From the sequence record MK250029.1: 32,000 bases of DNA; one strand, given 5' to 3'. A model generated the notes under the pieces. The model saw nothing but the letters and a program-made list of their open reading frames with translations, was not told where the DNA came from and ran no database searches. Source of the DNA: Prevotella phage Lak-C1. Position numbers and translations under genes: made by a program. Below, piece by piece: positions 22,897 to 31,194 of this stretch (position 1 is the stretch's first letter; each line of letters opens with the position of its first letter).

Positions 22897-22914
22897 AATA
22901 CAAAGATACATATA
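22897..22914 (-). promoter_or_regulatory. Bacteroidota-type promoter upstream of OMP-like gene
   Basis: Minus strand ATATGTATCTTTGTATTG. Confidence 0.65.
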
Positions 22915-22958
22915 TTTTTCCTAAATAAAAAATATAAATTTAATTATTTTCCTAAAAA

Positions 22959-23171
22959 TTATTCATTATCCATAGACATCCCTATAGTTGCATTTCTCAT
23001 ACAATCTAAATAACCTTTTGTATATAATGATTTCATATGTTCATGTAACTTCTTTAATTTATCTGGTATGTCTGTTTCTATATCTTCTGAAATTTTATCA
23101 TCACCAAATAAAGATATAAGTGAAACTCTTGATTTATAATCAGCAATATTTTTTAATTTTTCTATATTCAT
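22959..23171 (-). CDS. Hypothetical protein (70 aa)
   Basis: ATG-TAA ORF. Confidence 0.65.
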   Translation of the reverse strand: MNIEKLKNIADYKSRVSLISLFGDDKISEDIETDIPDKLKKLHEHMKSLYTKGYLDCMRNATIGMSMDNE

Positions 23172-23182
23172 ATTTTTAATTA

Positions 23183-23878
23183 TTATAAATTAGTCAAGAC
23201 TAAACCTAAACAATATTCGTTATTAATATCACAAATAAATTTACTAAGTTGACCTTTTAATATTTCAGCGTTTATTTCAAATTCTTCTAATATCTCTTTT
23301 TCTTTCTTTATAGTATTAATATCTGTTTCTTTCAAATAACTATAAGTATCTTTAGTTTTAAAATTAATATTAGATATTGTATCATTTCTGATAGAATTTA
23401 TAATTAACATTACAGATAACTCATATGTATCTTCATTTAATGCTGAACCATGATAACCACATATACCTTTATTTTTCAGTTCAAAAAATACAGGGCCATA
23501 ACAGTATTTTCCTTCATGTACAATAGTTCCCAATGATTTCAAACCAAATGTCTTACATATATTAAACTTCTTATCAAGATAATCATTAAATAATTTATTA
23601 ATAAACATCATCTGATATGAAATAAAGGTATCAGCATTTAATTCTAATTTAAAATGTGTCTTATCTAAAATATCATACATTAAATCTTGTATATTCATAT
23701 CACCTAATTCTTCTTTATATAAAGATGATAAACACATATATAATCTATGTAATGTTTCTTTAATATCATAATTAATATGAACATTTTTCAATTTATTTTC
23801 ATAATAATTTAGAATTGATTTATTAATTAATGTTGCTGCATTATCAATAAAATATTTTCTATTTTCATCATATGTCAT
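23183..23878 (-). CDS. Hypothetical protein (231 aa)
   Basis: ATG ORF in operon. Confidence 0.75.
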   Translation of the reverse strand: MTYDENRKYFIDNAATLINKSILNYYENKLKNVHINYDIKETLHRLYMCLSSLYKEELGDMNIQDLMYDILDKTHFKLELNADTFISYQMMFINKLFNDYLDKKFNICKTFGLKSLGTIVHEGKYCYGPVFFELKNKGICGYHGSALNEDTYELSVMLIINSIRNDTISNINFKTKDTYSYLKETDINTIKKEKEILEEFEINAEILKGQLSKFICDINNEYCLGLVLTNL

Positions 23879-23892
23879 ATAATTTAAAAAAA

Positions 23893-24090
23893 TTATTTTT
23901 CTTTCATTCGTCTTAAGATATGTTTAGGTTCTGTATAATAAAAATAATCTTTTGTATTATCATCAATAATATTAAGATTATATAATGCTTGTGAAAACCT
24001 TATATCTTTAAATGTAGTGAGATATTTCTTCAGTATATCTAATATTTCTATATTATACTTATATCTCTCAAATGTTTCTTTATCTTCCAT
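23893..24090 (-). CDS. Hypothetical protein (65 aa)
   Basis: ATG-TAA ORF in operon. Confidence 0.65.
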   Translation of the reverse strand: MEDKETFERYKYNIEILDILKKYLTTFKDIRFSQALYNLNIIDDNTKDYFYYTEPKHILRRMKEK

Positions 24091-24489
24091 TTAAAATAAC
24101 GGATTAATTTTTACTTCATCTGTTTTAGAATATTCAGTTACATTTAATCTCAATGTTTCATTTAACCATTCTGCAATTAAATGTCTATGACAAAATTCAT
24201 CTGGTTTTTCAAAACAACATAATGCACAATCATTTCCATTAGATATAAATTTAATTCTATCTACAAATATAGATGGATCTTTAAATAAAGATAAAACTTC
24301 ATTTTTATATCGTTTTCTGAATTCCTGATGATTAGATCTACAGTTATTTAATATATCAGGTGTAGGAGCAATTGCTATTAAATTAGGTCCATGAAAATCT
24401 TTTGGTGGATAACAGCATATTCCTATTGGAACTATATTATTCTCTTTTAATTTCTTTAGATTTCCAAAATAACTCGTATATATCTTCAT
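24091..24489 (-). CDS. DUF488-like protein (132 aa)
   Basis: MKIYTSYFGNLKKL... and CALCCFEKPDEFCHRHLIAEWL typical of the DUF488 cysteine/His motif. Confidence 0.75.
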   Translation of the reverse strand: MKIYTSYFGNLKKLKENNIVPIGICCYPPKDFHGPNLIAIAPTPDILNNCRSNHQEFRKRYKNEVLSLFKDPSIFVDRIKFISNGNDCALCCFEKPDEFCHRHLIAEWLNETLRLNVTEYSKTDEVKINPLF

Positions 24490-24492
24490 ATA

Positions 24493-24711
24493 TTATTCTT
24501 TAAACATATCTTCTAATTTTTTATATTCATCTTTTGATATATCATATTTAACAACTGAAGATGAATGAGCAGAACTCAAAGTATTACAAGTATCTATATG
24601 GTAAGAATTATCATATCTATCAAGATAAAAACGTACTATACATGAAATATTAATATAACCTGCACTTTTTGTATATATAAATTTTGTCTTATTATTCTTC
24701 AACTTTATCAT
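24493..24711 (-). CDS. Hypothetical protein (72 aa)
   Basis: ATG-TAA ORF. Confidence 0.65.
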   Translation of the reverse strand: MIKLKNNKTKFIYTKSAGYINISCIVRFYLDRYDNSYHIDTCNTLSSAHSSSVVKYDISKDEYKKLEDMFKE

Positions 24712-24770
24712 AGTATAAAAACATTATAATATATTTTTTATATAATATTAAATTGATTTTGTTTAATATA

Positions 24771-25094
24771 ATGGCAGGTTTTGTATATCTTATTTGTAAC
24801 CCTGATTAGAATTGTTATAAAATTGGAGTTACTAGAGATTTAGCATAGAAACGGTTGAAATAGTTATAGACCGGAAATTCATCAAAATTACATATAGTTC
24901 ATTCTGTATATAGTGAATATCCATTTAGGTTAGAATCTATGTTACACAAAACATTTGATTCAAAACGTTCTGGAGGTGAATGGTTTAATTTAGAATAGAA
25001 TGATGTAATTAATTTTAAAGATATATGTAATGAAAAAATTAATATTATTAATATTATGAAAGATAATCCATTCTTTAATAAAGATTTAAAATGA
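24771..25094 (+). CDS. GIY-YIG / T5orf172-like nuclease-domain protein (107 aa), TAG-recoded
   Basis: With TAG as Gln: MAGFVYLICNPDQNCYKIGVTRDLAQKRLKQLQTGNSSKLHIVHSVYSEYPFRLESMLHKTFDSKRSGGEWFNLEQND...; five in-frame TAGs; not in the supplied ORF track. Confidence 0.88.
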
Positions 25095-25137
25095 ATAAAG
25101 GTGATATAAGAATTCAATAACTTATATCACCTTTATT
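25094..25137. terminator. Bidirectional intrinsic terminator between convergent genes
   Basis: 17-bp perfect stem AATAAAGGTGATATAAG/CTTATATCACCTTTATT, 10-nt loop, T-run. Confidence 0.9.
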
Positions 25138-25139
25138 TT

Positions 25140-25406
25140 TTACTTGTTTAATTCTTTATTTAATTCAATCATTTCATCTTCAGGTAATTCATGTAAATTA
25201 ATGAAATTATCTATATCTAATAATCCATATTTCAGCATATATGCAATTGTCATTCTTACTGCATAATCTGCTACATCATATGTAGATGCAATTTCCATAT
25301 TAGATAAATCTGGATTTTGTAATGTTATTGTTGAAATATTATCTGATAAATCATTAATTGCATCCTTTAATGAATTTATCTGGTTATTTGTTAATGTATT
25401 ACTCAT
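25140..25406 (-). CDS. Hypothetical protein (88 aa)
   Basis: ATG-TAA ORF between two terminators. Confidence 0.7.
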   Translation of the reverse strand: MSNTLTNNQINSLKDAINDLSDNISTITLQNPDLSNMEIASTYDVADYAVRMTIAYMLKYGLLDIDNFINLHELPEDEMIELNKELNK

Positions 25407-25437
25407 TTTATTTTTTTATTATAATTTAAATAAAAAA

Positions 25438-25470
25438 GATGTTATTAAATTATGAAAATTTAATAACATC
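25438..25470 (-). terminator. Intrinsic terminator at 3' end of ncRNA B
   Basis: 13-bp perfect stem GATGTTATTAAAT/ATTTAATAACATC, 7-nt loop, followed on minus strand by TTTTTTATTT. Confidence 0.8.
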
Positions 25471-26489
25471 AAGAACTTATGAAAAACTGCTTAAAAATAT
25501 TCTATTCTTTTTAGGGAATATGTTTTAGATTTTTGTACAAACATAAGGTTCTGCCCCTTATGATTCATTTTAACGTTTGCTCGTTATAATGAATGTTCAT
25601 ACTGAACTTTGTTATGTCCATGAGGACAAATGGCTGAGAACTTGACCAACACCGACTCTCTATGCTGTAACGTTGGAGTTACATGTTCACACAACTCTTA
25701 TTTCTAAGAGGTTGAGAGCATACCCACGACTTTTGTGAAAAATCGTAAACTCTTACTTGATAGGTTTCATAGAAATTCATTTCATACCAACTTCCTTGGA
25801 AGGATTCAATGTGTCCCCACATTTAGCACGATACTACTTTTACTATTCTCATGTCTTTCCTTGCGGTACTCGAATCATGTCTACATATTTCAGTAGAATA
25901 AGGGTATTTTAACCACCAAGTGTCGCACACTTTTGCTTCCGTATAATTTATATACTTAAATAATGTAATCCTAATATTATTATTCTTTATATATTATATT
26001 TGATTAGACTTGAAAGACGAGGTGCGACCAATAGCATTTCTTCCTTTTGAGAAGAACCCACTAAATCGCCTTTCTGAATTTACATTGCACCATACAATCA
26101 TAATTCTACTCTTATAACTTAACTACATATTTCAGTAGTAATCTTACCATTTCTGAACAAGTTACCAGCTTGCATGGATTATTTGGTTTATAATCCATAT
26201 AAGATTCATTATAACAATTAATATCAGCACTGGGAATTGGTATTCCGATCACCGAATATCCATAAACATAAACCTATTGTATTACTACTCACATCAGTTG
26301 TATATTTCACTTCCAATGTATTTGAACTTCATCTCAGAAAGTTTTCCCTTGATTTCCCATTCAAACAGGTTATTTATGTTTGGTTTTCTGTAGAATGCTC
26401 ATTATTCATAAACATCAACCAACATGTCTACTGTTGATTTTTATTACATCACTGCTTTATCCTTAACTCCACCGAAACCATGGATTCAT

Positions 26490-26501
26490 ATTTCAAAGAA
26501 C
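26490..26501 (-). promoter_or_regulatory. boxA-like element in ncRNA B leader
   Basis: GTTCTTTGAAAT on minus strand, identical to 20424-20435. Confidence 0.4.
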
Positions 26502-26540
26502 TCATTTAAAATGAAATAATCTTCAAATTAAATTGTTATT

Positions 26541-26575
26541 ATTTATATAACCTATAATTTAAAAAGTCTATATTT
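26541..26575 (-). promoter_or_regulatory. Second-class promoter-like motif upstream of ncRNA B
   Basis: Minus strand TATAGACTTTTTAAATTATAGGTTATATAAATAATAAC; resembles duplicated elements at 27620-27742 and 27857-27981. Confidence 0.4.
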
Positions 26576-26759
26576 TAATCAAAAAATATTTTATTTTTTT
26601 AATTACTTTATTAACTATATGTGTCTTTATCTTCTTTTAATTAATAAAATATGATTTAATTAAAAACTTAATAATTTAGATTATCAATATGTTTCAAATT
26701 TAAATATTATATATGATAATAGAATAATTGTCTATATTTTATAGAAAAAATTTAAAAAA

Positions 26760-26936
26760 TTATTTTAAACAATATTCTAAATCAAAAATAAAACTCCCTA
26801 ATAATTCAATTTTATGTCTAATAAGTTCTGCTTCAAGATTAAATTTATGTTCTGAACAAAATGATAATTCAGATAATAATTTATTTCTTTCAGTTTTCCA
26901 CTTATTTATTAAATCATCTTTAGATAACTCTTCCAT
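26760..26936 (-). CDS. Hypothetical protein (58 aa)
   Basis: MEELSKDDLINKWKTERNKLLSELSFCSEHKFNLEAELIRHKIELLGSFIFDLEYCLK then TAA; absent from track (too short). Confidence 0.55.
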   Translation of the reverse strand: MEELSKDDLINKWKTERNKLLSELSFCSEHKFNLEAELIRHKIELLGSFIFDLEYCLK

Positions 26937-26961
26937 AATACATTTTCTTCAATTTATTTCA

Positions 26962-27237
26962 TTATTTAATTGTAACTTTGATTTTTGAATCAGTTACTTT
27001 ACCATTAACAACAGTATTTATAGTATCAATAGAAATAGAATCAAGACTCTTAATAAACATATTAGGTATCTTTTCAACTGTAACTAAACTATCTTTTACC
27101 TGAATAGAATCATTAGTGATATTAATAGTATCATGAATAGGTTTATTATTTGTTACATATCTTGGATTAATCCAAAAATACTGAATAGTAATACCTAAAA
27201 TAATTCCTATAATTAATGTCCAAAAAATATGTTTCAT
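26962..27237 (-). CDS. Membrane-anchored small protein (91 aa)
   Basis: MKHIFWTLIIGIILGITIQYFW N-terminal TM segment then polar region. Confidence 0.7.
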   Translation of the reverse strand: MKHIFWTLIIGIILGITIQYFWINPRYVTNNKPIHDTINITNDSIQVKDSLVTVEKIPNMFIKSLDSISIDTINTVVNGKVTDSKIKVTIK

Positions 27238-27257
27238 TTTATATTATAAATTAAAAA

Positions 27258-27467
27258 TTAAACTTTATTTATTAAATTAACTAATTCATTATATGTTATC
27301 TCTTCATATTTTGTTTTATTTCTACTAATAAAAATAGGTTTATTTAATGAAATATTAACATCTTTTAATATCTCATTCTTATCATTTTCTAAAACATACC
27401 AATGTGTTTCTTTATCTAATATTTTTCCAGAACTTGTCTGTCCTAATCCCAACCGTACTATTGTCAT
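27258..27467 (-). CDS. Hypothetical protein (69 aa)
   Basis: ATG-TAA ORF. Confidence 0.65.
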   Translation of the reverse strand: MTIVRLGLGQTSSGKILDKETHWYVLENDKNEILKDVNISLNKPIFISRNKTKYEEITYNELVNLINKV

Positions 27468-27619
27468 ATGAATATAATATTTAATATATTTTTAATATTT
27501 GAAAAAATCTACCTTCAAAAAAGAAAGAAATAAAGAAAAAGTAATCAAAAAGAAAGAATCAAAGAAAAATAATTTTTAATCAATATTTAATTAGATTTAT
27601 AAATTAAATTTTTTACATA

Positions 27620-27742
27620 TATTATATATAAATCTATCACAACCTTAAATACTAACATATTTATTATACTAATGTTTTACCAAAAAGTCTACATTTATCT
27701 TAATTATTTTTTAATCGGATTAAAAATAATTTATAACTAATT
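27620..27742 (-). repeat. Copy 1 of a ~120-bp direct repeat carrying promoter-like motifs
   Basis: Shares CAACCTTAAATACTAACATATTTATTATACT, AAAAAGTCTA and TAAAAATAATTTATAACTAATT (plus-strand) with 27857-27981. Confidence 0.8.
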
Positions 27743-27791
27743 AATAATCAATAATTTAAATAAATTAATTTTCATATAAATTAATATAAAA

Positions 27792-27836
27792 TAAAAATTC
27801 AGATCTAAATTACCTAAATTTAAATCTGAATTTTTA
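27792..27836. terminator. Hairpin/terminator between the two repeat copies
   Basis: 13-bp perfect outer stem (TAAAAATTCAGAT/ATCTGAATTTTTA), one C-A mismatch, 6 more bp, 5-nt loop, T-rich tails. Confidence 0.7.
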
Positions 27837-27856
27837 ACTAATATAAAAAATTAAAT

Positions 27857-27981
27857 ATTATATATAAATATCTATCTCAACCTTAAATACTAACATATTT
27901 ATTATACTCAAGTTTCAAGAAAAAGTCTATTTTTTTTACAAAATATTTTTAATAAACACTAAAAATAATTTATAACTAATT
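27857..27981 (-). repeat. Copy 2 of the ~120-bp direct repeat carrying promoter-like motifs
   Basis: See 27620-27742; minus strand TAGACTTTTT...TATAATAAATATG. Confidence 0.8.
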
Positions 27982-27990
27982 GATATATAA

Positions 27991-28701
27991 TTATTTAAGG
28001 TATTCCATTACATCATTAAATGCTTTATTATATTCATCTTCTGATGAACTCTCTAATTTTTCATAATATATACGTTCCTGTAATATCTCTTTAATATCTG
28101 CATATTCTCGTTTAATATTATATACAGGTTCACCATCAGACCAAGTCTTAACAATAACTCGAGTAATATCTAAATATCCTTTATATACATTATCTAACCC
28201 ATGAATTTTAATATATTCATATATTGGCATAAATGTTTCTTTTATCAATGATTCTTCATCATCTTTTGAAAGATTCATTTCTTTAATTTGATTTAGTTTT
28301 TCTGTATATTCTGCTTTATGAAATTTAAGCCTTAATGTTCGATAACGTATATATGATGTCGGAACAACAGGAACAATATTTGTTTCAGGAAAATCTGAAC
28401 ATAAAGGATAAATTTGGTCGAATAACCAAATAATGTATTTGTTATTTACATTAAATTGATATAGATTATAAGATTGACGTTTATCATTACTTAACTCCCA
28501 TAGTTCCTCACTATATGGCATTACAGCAATATAAGTTTCATTCCATATAGGATTATCTAATTTATCGATATTAATACTTTTTTCATCTATTCTGTCTTTA
28601 TTGACACAATATAATTTTACATTATCTGGAACAAGAATTTTATCTACATATGAATCATATGCAAATCTCCAAATTTTATATTCTTTATAGTTTTTATTCA
28701 T
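27991..28701 (-). CDS. Hypothetical protein (236 aa)
   Basis: ATG-TAA ORF. Confidence 0.8.
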   Translation of the reverse strand: MNKNYKEYKIWRFAYDSYVDKILVPDNVKLYCVNKDRIDEKSINIDKLDNPIWNETYIAVMPYSEELWELSNDKRQSYNLYQFNVNNKYIIWLFDQIYPLCSDFPETNIVPVVPTSYIRYRTLRLKFHKAEYTEKLNQIKEMNLSKDDEESLIKETFMPIYEYIKIHGLDNVYKGYLDITRVIVKTWSDGEPVYNIKREYADIKEILQERIYYEKLESSSEDEYNKAFNDVMEYLK

Positions 28702-28721
28702 TTTATAGAAATGTTAAATGA

Positions 28722-29021
28722 TTATCTTCCAATAGCATCATCATCGCCCCATCTGTTTTTAATAACATATCCGTTTTTATCTACAAAACAATTTGCAAAT
28801 TTAAGTAATTGTAAATATGTTATATTATTGGTATCACATGGTAATGAACCATATATTATATAATTACCAGGTTTCATTTCTTCTACAATATTACCATATG
28901 TTTCTGGATATTTTGGATATGATGCAGTTTTCTTAGCAAATGCAATATTCAATTCAAGAATATGAAGCTTTAATTCAGTATTTATATTATCTATTGAATC
29001 CGTTTTAATAATATTATTCAT
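28722..29021 (-). CDS. Hypothetical protein (99 aa); start revised
   Basis: Track ORF starts with TTG at 29093 inside a terminator hairpin; first ATG in frame is at 29021 (MNNIIKTDSIDNINTELK...). Confidence 0.7.
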   Translation of the reverse strand: MNNIIKTDSIDNINTELKLHILELNIAFAKKTASYPKYPETYGNIVEEMKPGNYIIYGSLPCDTNNITYLQLLKFANCFVDKNGYVIKNRWGDDDAIGR

Positions 29022-29048
29022 ATTTTTATTAGTAATTAAAATAATTAT

Positions 29049-29100
29049 AGAAAAATTGAGAAAAATGATATAAAAATACTCAAATTTTCTCAATTTTTCT
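29049..29100 (-). terminator. Intrinsic terminator
   Basis: AGAAAAATTGAGAAAA / TTTTCTCAATTTTTCT 16-bp perfect stem, 20-nt loop. Confidence 0.7.
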
Positions 29101-29179
29101 TATGTTTTTGATAGTATTTTTCAAACAAGTAGAAGTATACTGTGATACTTTAAAATATTTGTTTTAAGTATCTAAAACG

Positions 29180-29824
29180 TTACTTTGTAGAACTGTTAAA
29201 TTCCGCTCTAACTTTCTCAATTGCATCACACATATTCACCTTCTTACCAGTAGTACGATCTACCTTTGTACAATCGTCATTATTAGTGCCATAAATAGAT
29301 ATATATGCATCATATGCCTCGGGAAATTCATCTTTTAACTTATTCAATGTCGTAATGTTATTCAATACACAAAGAACTTCTTTGGACCATTTATTGATTT
29401 TATATGCATCCAATATAATTTCACGACATTCCGCATACAACTTAGGATAATGAATCTCTAAATATGTTGCAAGTGGATGATTATCTGATGAATAACCATT
29501 ATGAACATTGAAATTATTATAAAAGTTATTCAGAAGTTTTGACAATTTAAATGCAGGTGCAGAATAATATCTGAAATTACTATCCAATTCGTTACTTCTA
29601 AAAAAGTTATAACCATACATGTTATATTCTCTTGCATTCACATATTGAGGATACTTATCATAAAGATCTTTTACTTCTGTTGGAACTTCATTCCAAAGTG
29701 CATCTTCAATCTCCTTTGAAATCTTTTCAACTCGATCATCAATTTCCTTACGACGTCTCATAGTCTCCATTCTACGTGAAATAGTCTGACGCTCATCTTT
29801 TGTTAATTTCTTATATGCAACCAT
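29180..29824 (-). CDS. Hypothetical protein (214 aa)
   Basis: ATG-TAA ORF. Confidence 0.8.
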   Translation of the reverse strand: MVAYKKLTKDERQTISRRMETMRRRKEIDDRVEKISKEIEDALWNEVPTEVKDLYDKYPQYVNAREYNMYGYNFFRSNELDSNFRYYSAPAFKLSKLLNNFYNNFNVHNGYSSDNHPLATYLEIHYPKLYAECREIILDAYKINKWSKEVLCVLNNITTLNKLKDEFPEAYDAYISIYGTNNDDCTKVDRTTGKKVNMCDAIEKVRAEFNSSTK

Positions 29825-29849
29825 TTTATCTAATTTTTAAAATTATTTG

Positions 29850-30452
29850 TTAAACCTTTGTTCTTTTCTTATTATATGGATCATTCCAAATTCCTTTAAT
29901 AATAAGTTTATCAATATCAATATTAAACTTATTTGCAATATCTTCAAGTGAAATCATGTTAGCTGAATCCGATTCTTTATCTGCTTTAATCTTCTTTCTA
30001 AGAATCTTTTCGGTTTCTTTACGATAATACTCTGCATCACCAGGACTATCAAATAACTTAATATCAAAATTAGTTAAATCTGTAACTTCATTTATATTCA
30101 AAAATTGAAGTTCACTATATATTGATAAACCAGATGTATATCTTATATGAGACCATGCAATATCGAACATTTCTTTTGCAGTTTCAACATAATGATACTT
30201 ATCATTAAAAGATGTATTAATACTAAACAATACATAACAACCTTCATTTGAATTATTATAAATCATCAAAGGAAATACATAATTCATTTGAACTTTCTTA
30301 TCATGTTCACATATACCACATCCCCATATAATTTTTGAATAAGGAAAAATATCATTATTATTTGGCGAACCAATTGCATAATGACGATATGTAAAATCAT
30401 CATTAATAAGATACTTATCTAAGTCTTTAATATCTTTAATATTATTAAACAT
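29850..30452 (-). CDS. Hypothetical protein (200 aa)
   Basis: ATG ORF; shares C-terminal pattern MISLEDIANKFNIDIDKLI with the neighbouring gene's FTIKEIADALGVETSNFKI. Confidence 0.8.
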   Translation of the reverse strand: MFNNIKDIKDLDKYLINDDFTYRHYAIGSPNNNDIFPYSKIIWGCGICEHDKKVQMNYVFPLMIYNNSNEGCYVLFSINTSFNDKYHYVETAKEMFDIAWSHIRYTSGLSIYSELQFLNINEVTDLTNFDIKLFDSPGDAEYYRKETEKILRKKIKADKESDSANMISLEDIANKFNIDIDKLIIKGIWNDPYNKKRTKV

Positions 30453-30522
30453 ATAATTCTTCTTTTATATTAAAACTTTTTTAGCTCTTATTAGTATAAT
30501 AATTACTAATGTGTCTTGTTAT

Positions 30523-31158
30523 TTAAATATGGTCAGTAGAATCAAATAATACATTCATATTTTCAATTGAATCAATTATCTTGAAATTAGACGTTTCAAC
30601 TCCTAATGCATCTGCGATCTCTTTAATTGTAAAATAACCTTCTTTTGCTTTTTTAATAGCATTACGTGTATATTCTTCAAATGACTTGCGGTATGTTTCA
30701 GCAATATCAAATGAGCTAAAAATTTTAGCTGGATAATTTTTTGTAAAAAATACATCGGAAAAATCACATGAATATACACGAGGTGTAAAGAATGTACGAA
30801 TTGTCTTCTTATTCTTATCAAGAATAGAAGGATATATACATTCCAAAACACGTTTTGGAATTGCATGCATATGATAGTAAGGGGTATTAATACAATTATA
30901 ATACTTAACAATAAGTATAGGTACAATATAATTATTAACAATACGGTTATTTCTCTTTAAAATAATCGTATACCAGCAAATATTATAATCTTCTCCTAAT
31001 TTAAGAGTAGATACATCAATACTATTATTAATAATTTTTTCTGCAATATCTTTATCAGTAAGATACTTATTTAATTCTTCGAAAGAATTAATAGCAGATG
31101 CAGATGCATTAATTAATGTATTATGTGACTCTGATAAGTAATTTTTATTTGATTTCAT
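30523..31158 (-). CDS. Hypothetical protein (211 aa), apparent paralogue of 29850-30452
   Basis: ATG ORF; C-terminal EIADALGVETSNFK segment; promoter motif upstream. Confidence 0.8.
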   Translation of the reverse strand: MKSNKNYLSESHNTLINASASAINSFEELNKYLTDKDIAEKIINNSIDVSTLKLGEDYNICWYTIILKRNNRIVNNYIVPILIVKYYNCINTPYYHMHAIPKRVLECIYPSILDKNKKTIRTFFTPRVYSCDFSDVFFTKNYPAKIFSSFDIAETYRKSFEEYTRNAIKKAKEGYFTIKEIADALGVETSNFKIIDSIENMNVLFDSTDHI

Positions 31159-31194
31159 ATTCTTTAAATTTTTAATTGTTTATTATTATTTTAT

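Larger units (their letters stand above)
25438..26535 (-). ncRNA. Candidate large structured noncoding RNA B (~1.1 kb)
   Basis: Long ORF-free region with visibly higher GC than flanks; many perfect hairpins on minus strand, e.g. CATAAGG-GGCAGAA-CCTTATG, AATGTG-GGGA-CACATT, TCTTA-GAAA-TAAGA, TGTAAC-TCCAAC-GTTACA, ATTCATT-A-TAACG/CGTTA-A-AATGAAT; ends in terminator. Confidence 0.65.

Noticed and set aside
24899-25117. Minus-strand ORF 24899-25117
   Set aside because: Antisense to the well-supported GIY-YIG-like gene and overlaps the terminator.
19541-26535. Group I or group II intron interpretation of the two long ORF-free regions
   Set aside because: Neither interrupts a recognisable split gene, and I could not find a convincing group I core or group II domain V; not fully excluded without a covariance search.
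25438-26535. Decayed transposase/TnpB or IscB locus as explanation of RNA B
   Set aside because: No recognisable catalytic motifs or inverted-repeat ends seen in translations read by eye; dense clean hairpins fit RNA structure better.
26962-27237. Spanin/Rz-type lysis protein call
   Set aside because: Only an N-terminal TM helix supports it; no lysis neighbours, so left as membrane-anchored hypothetical.
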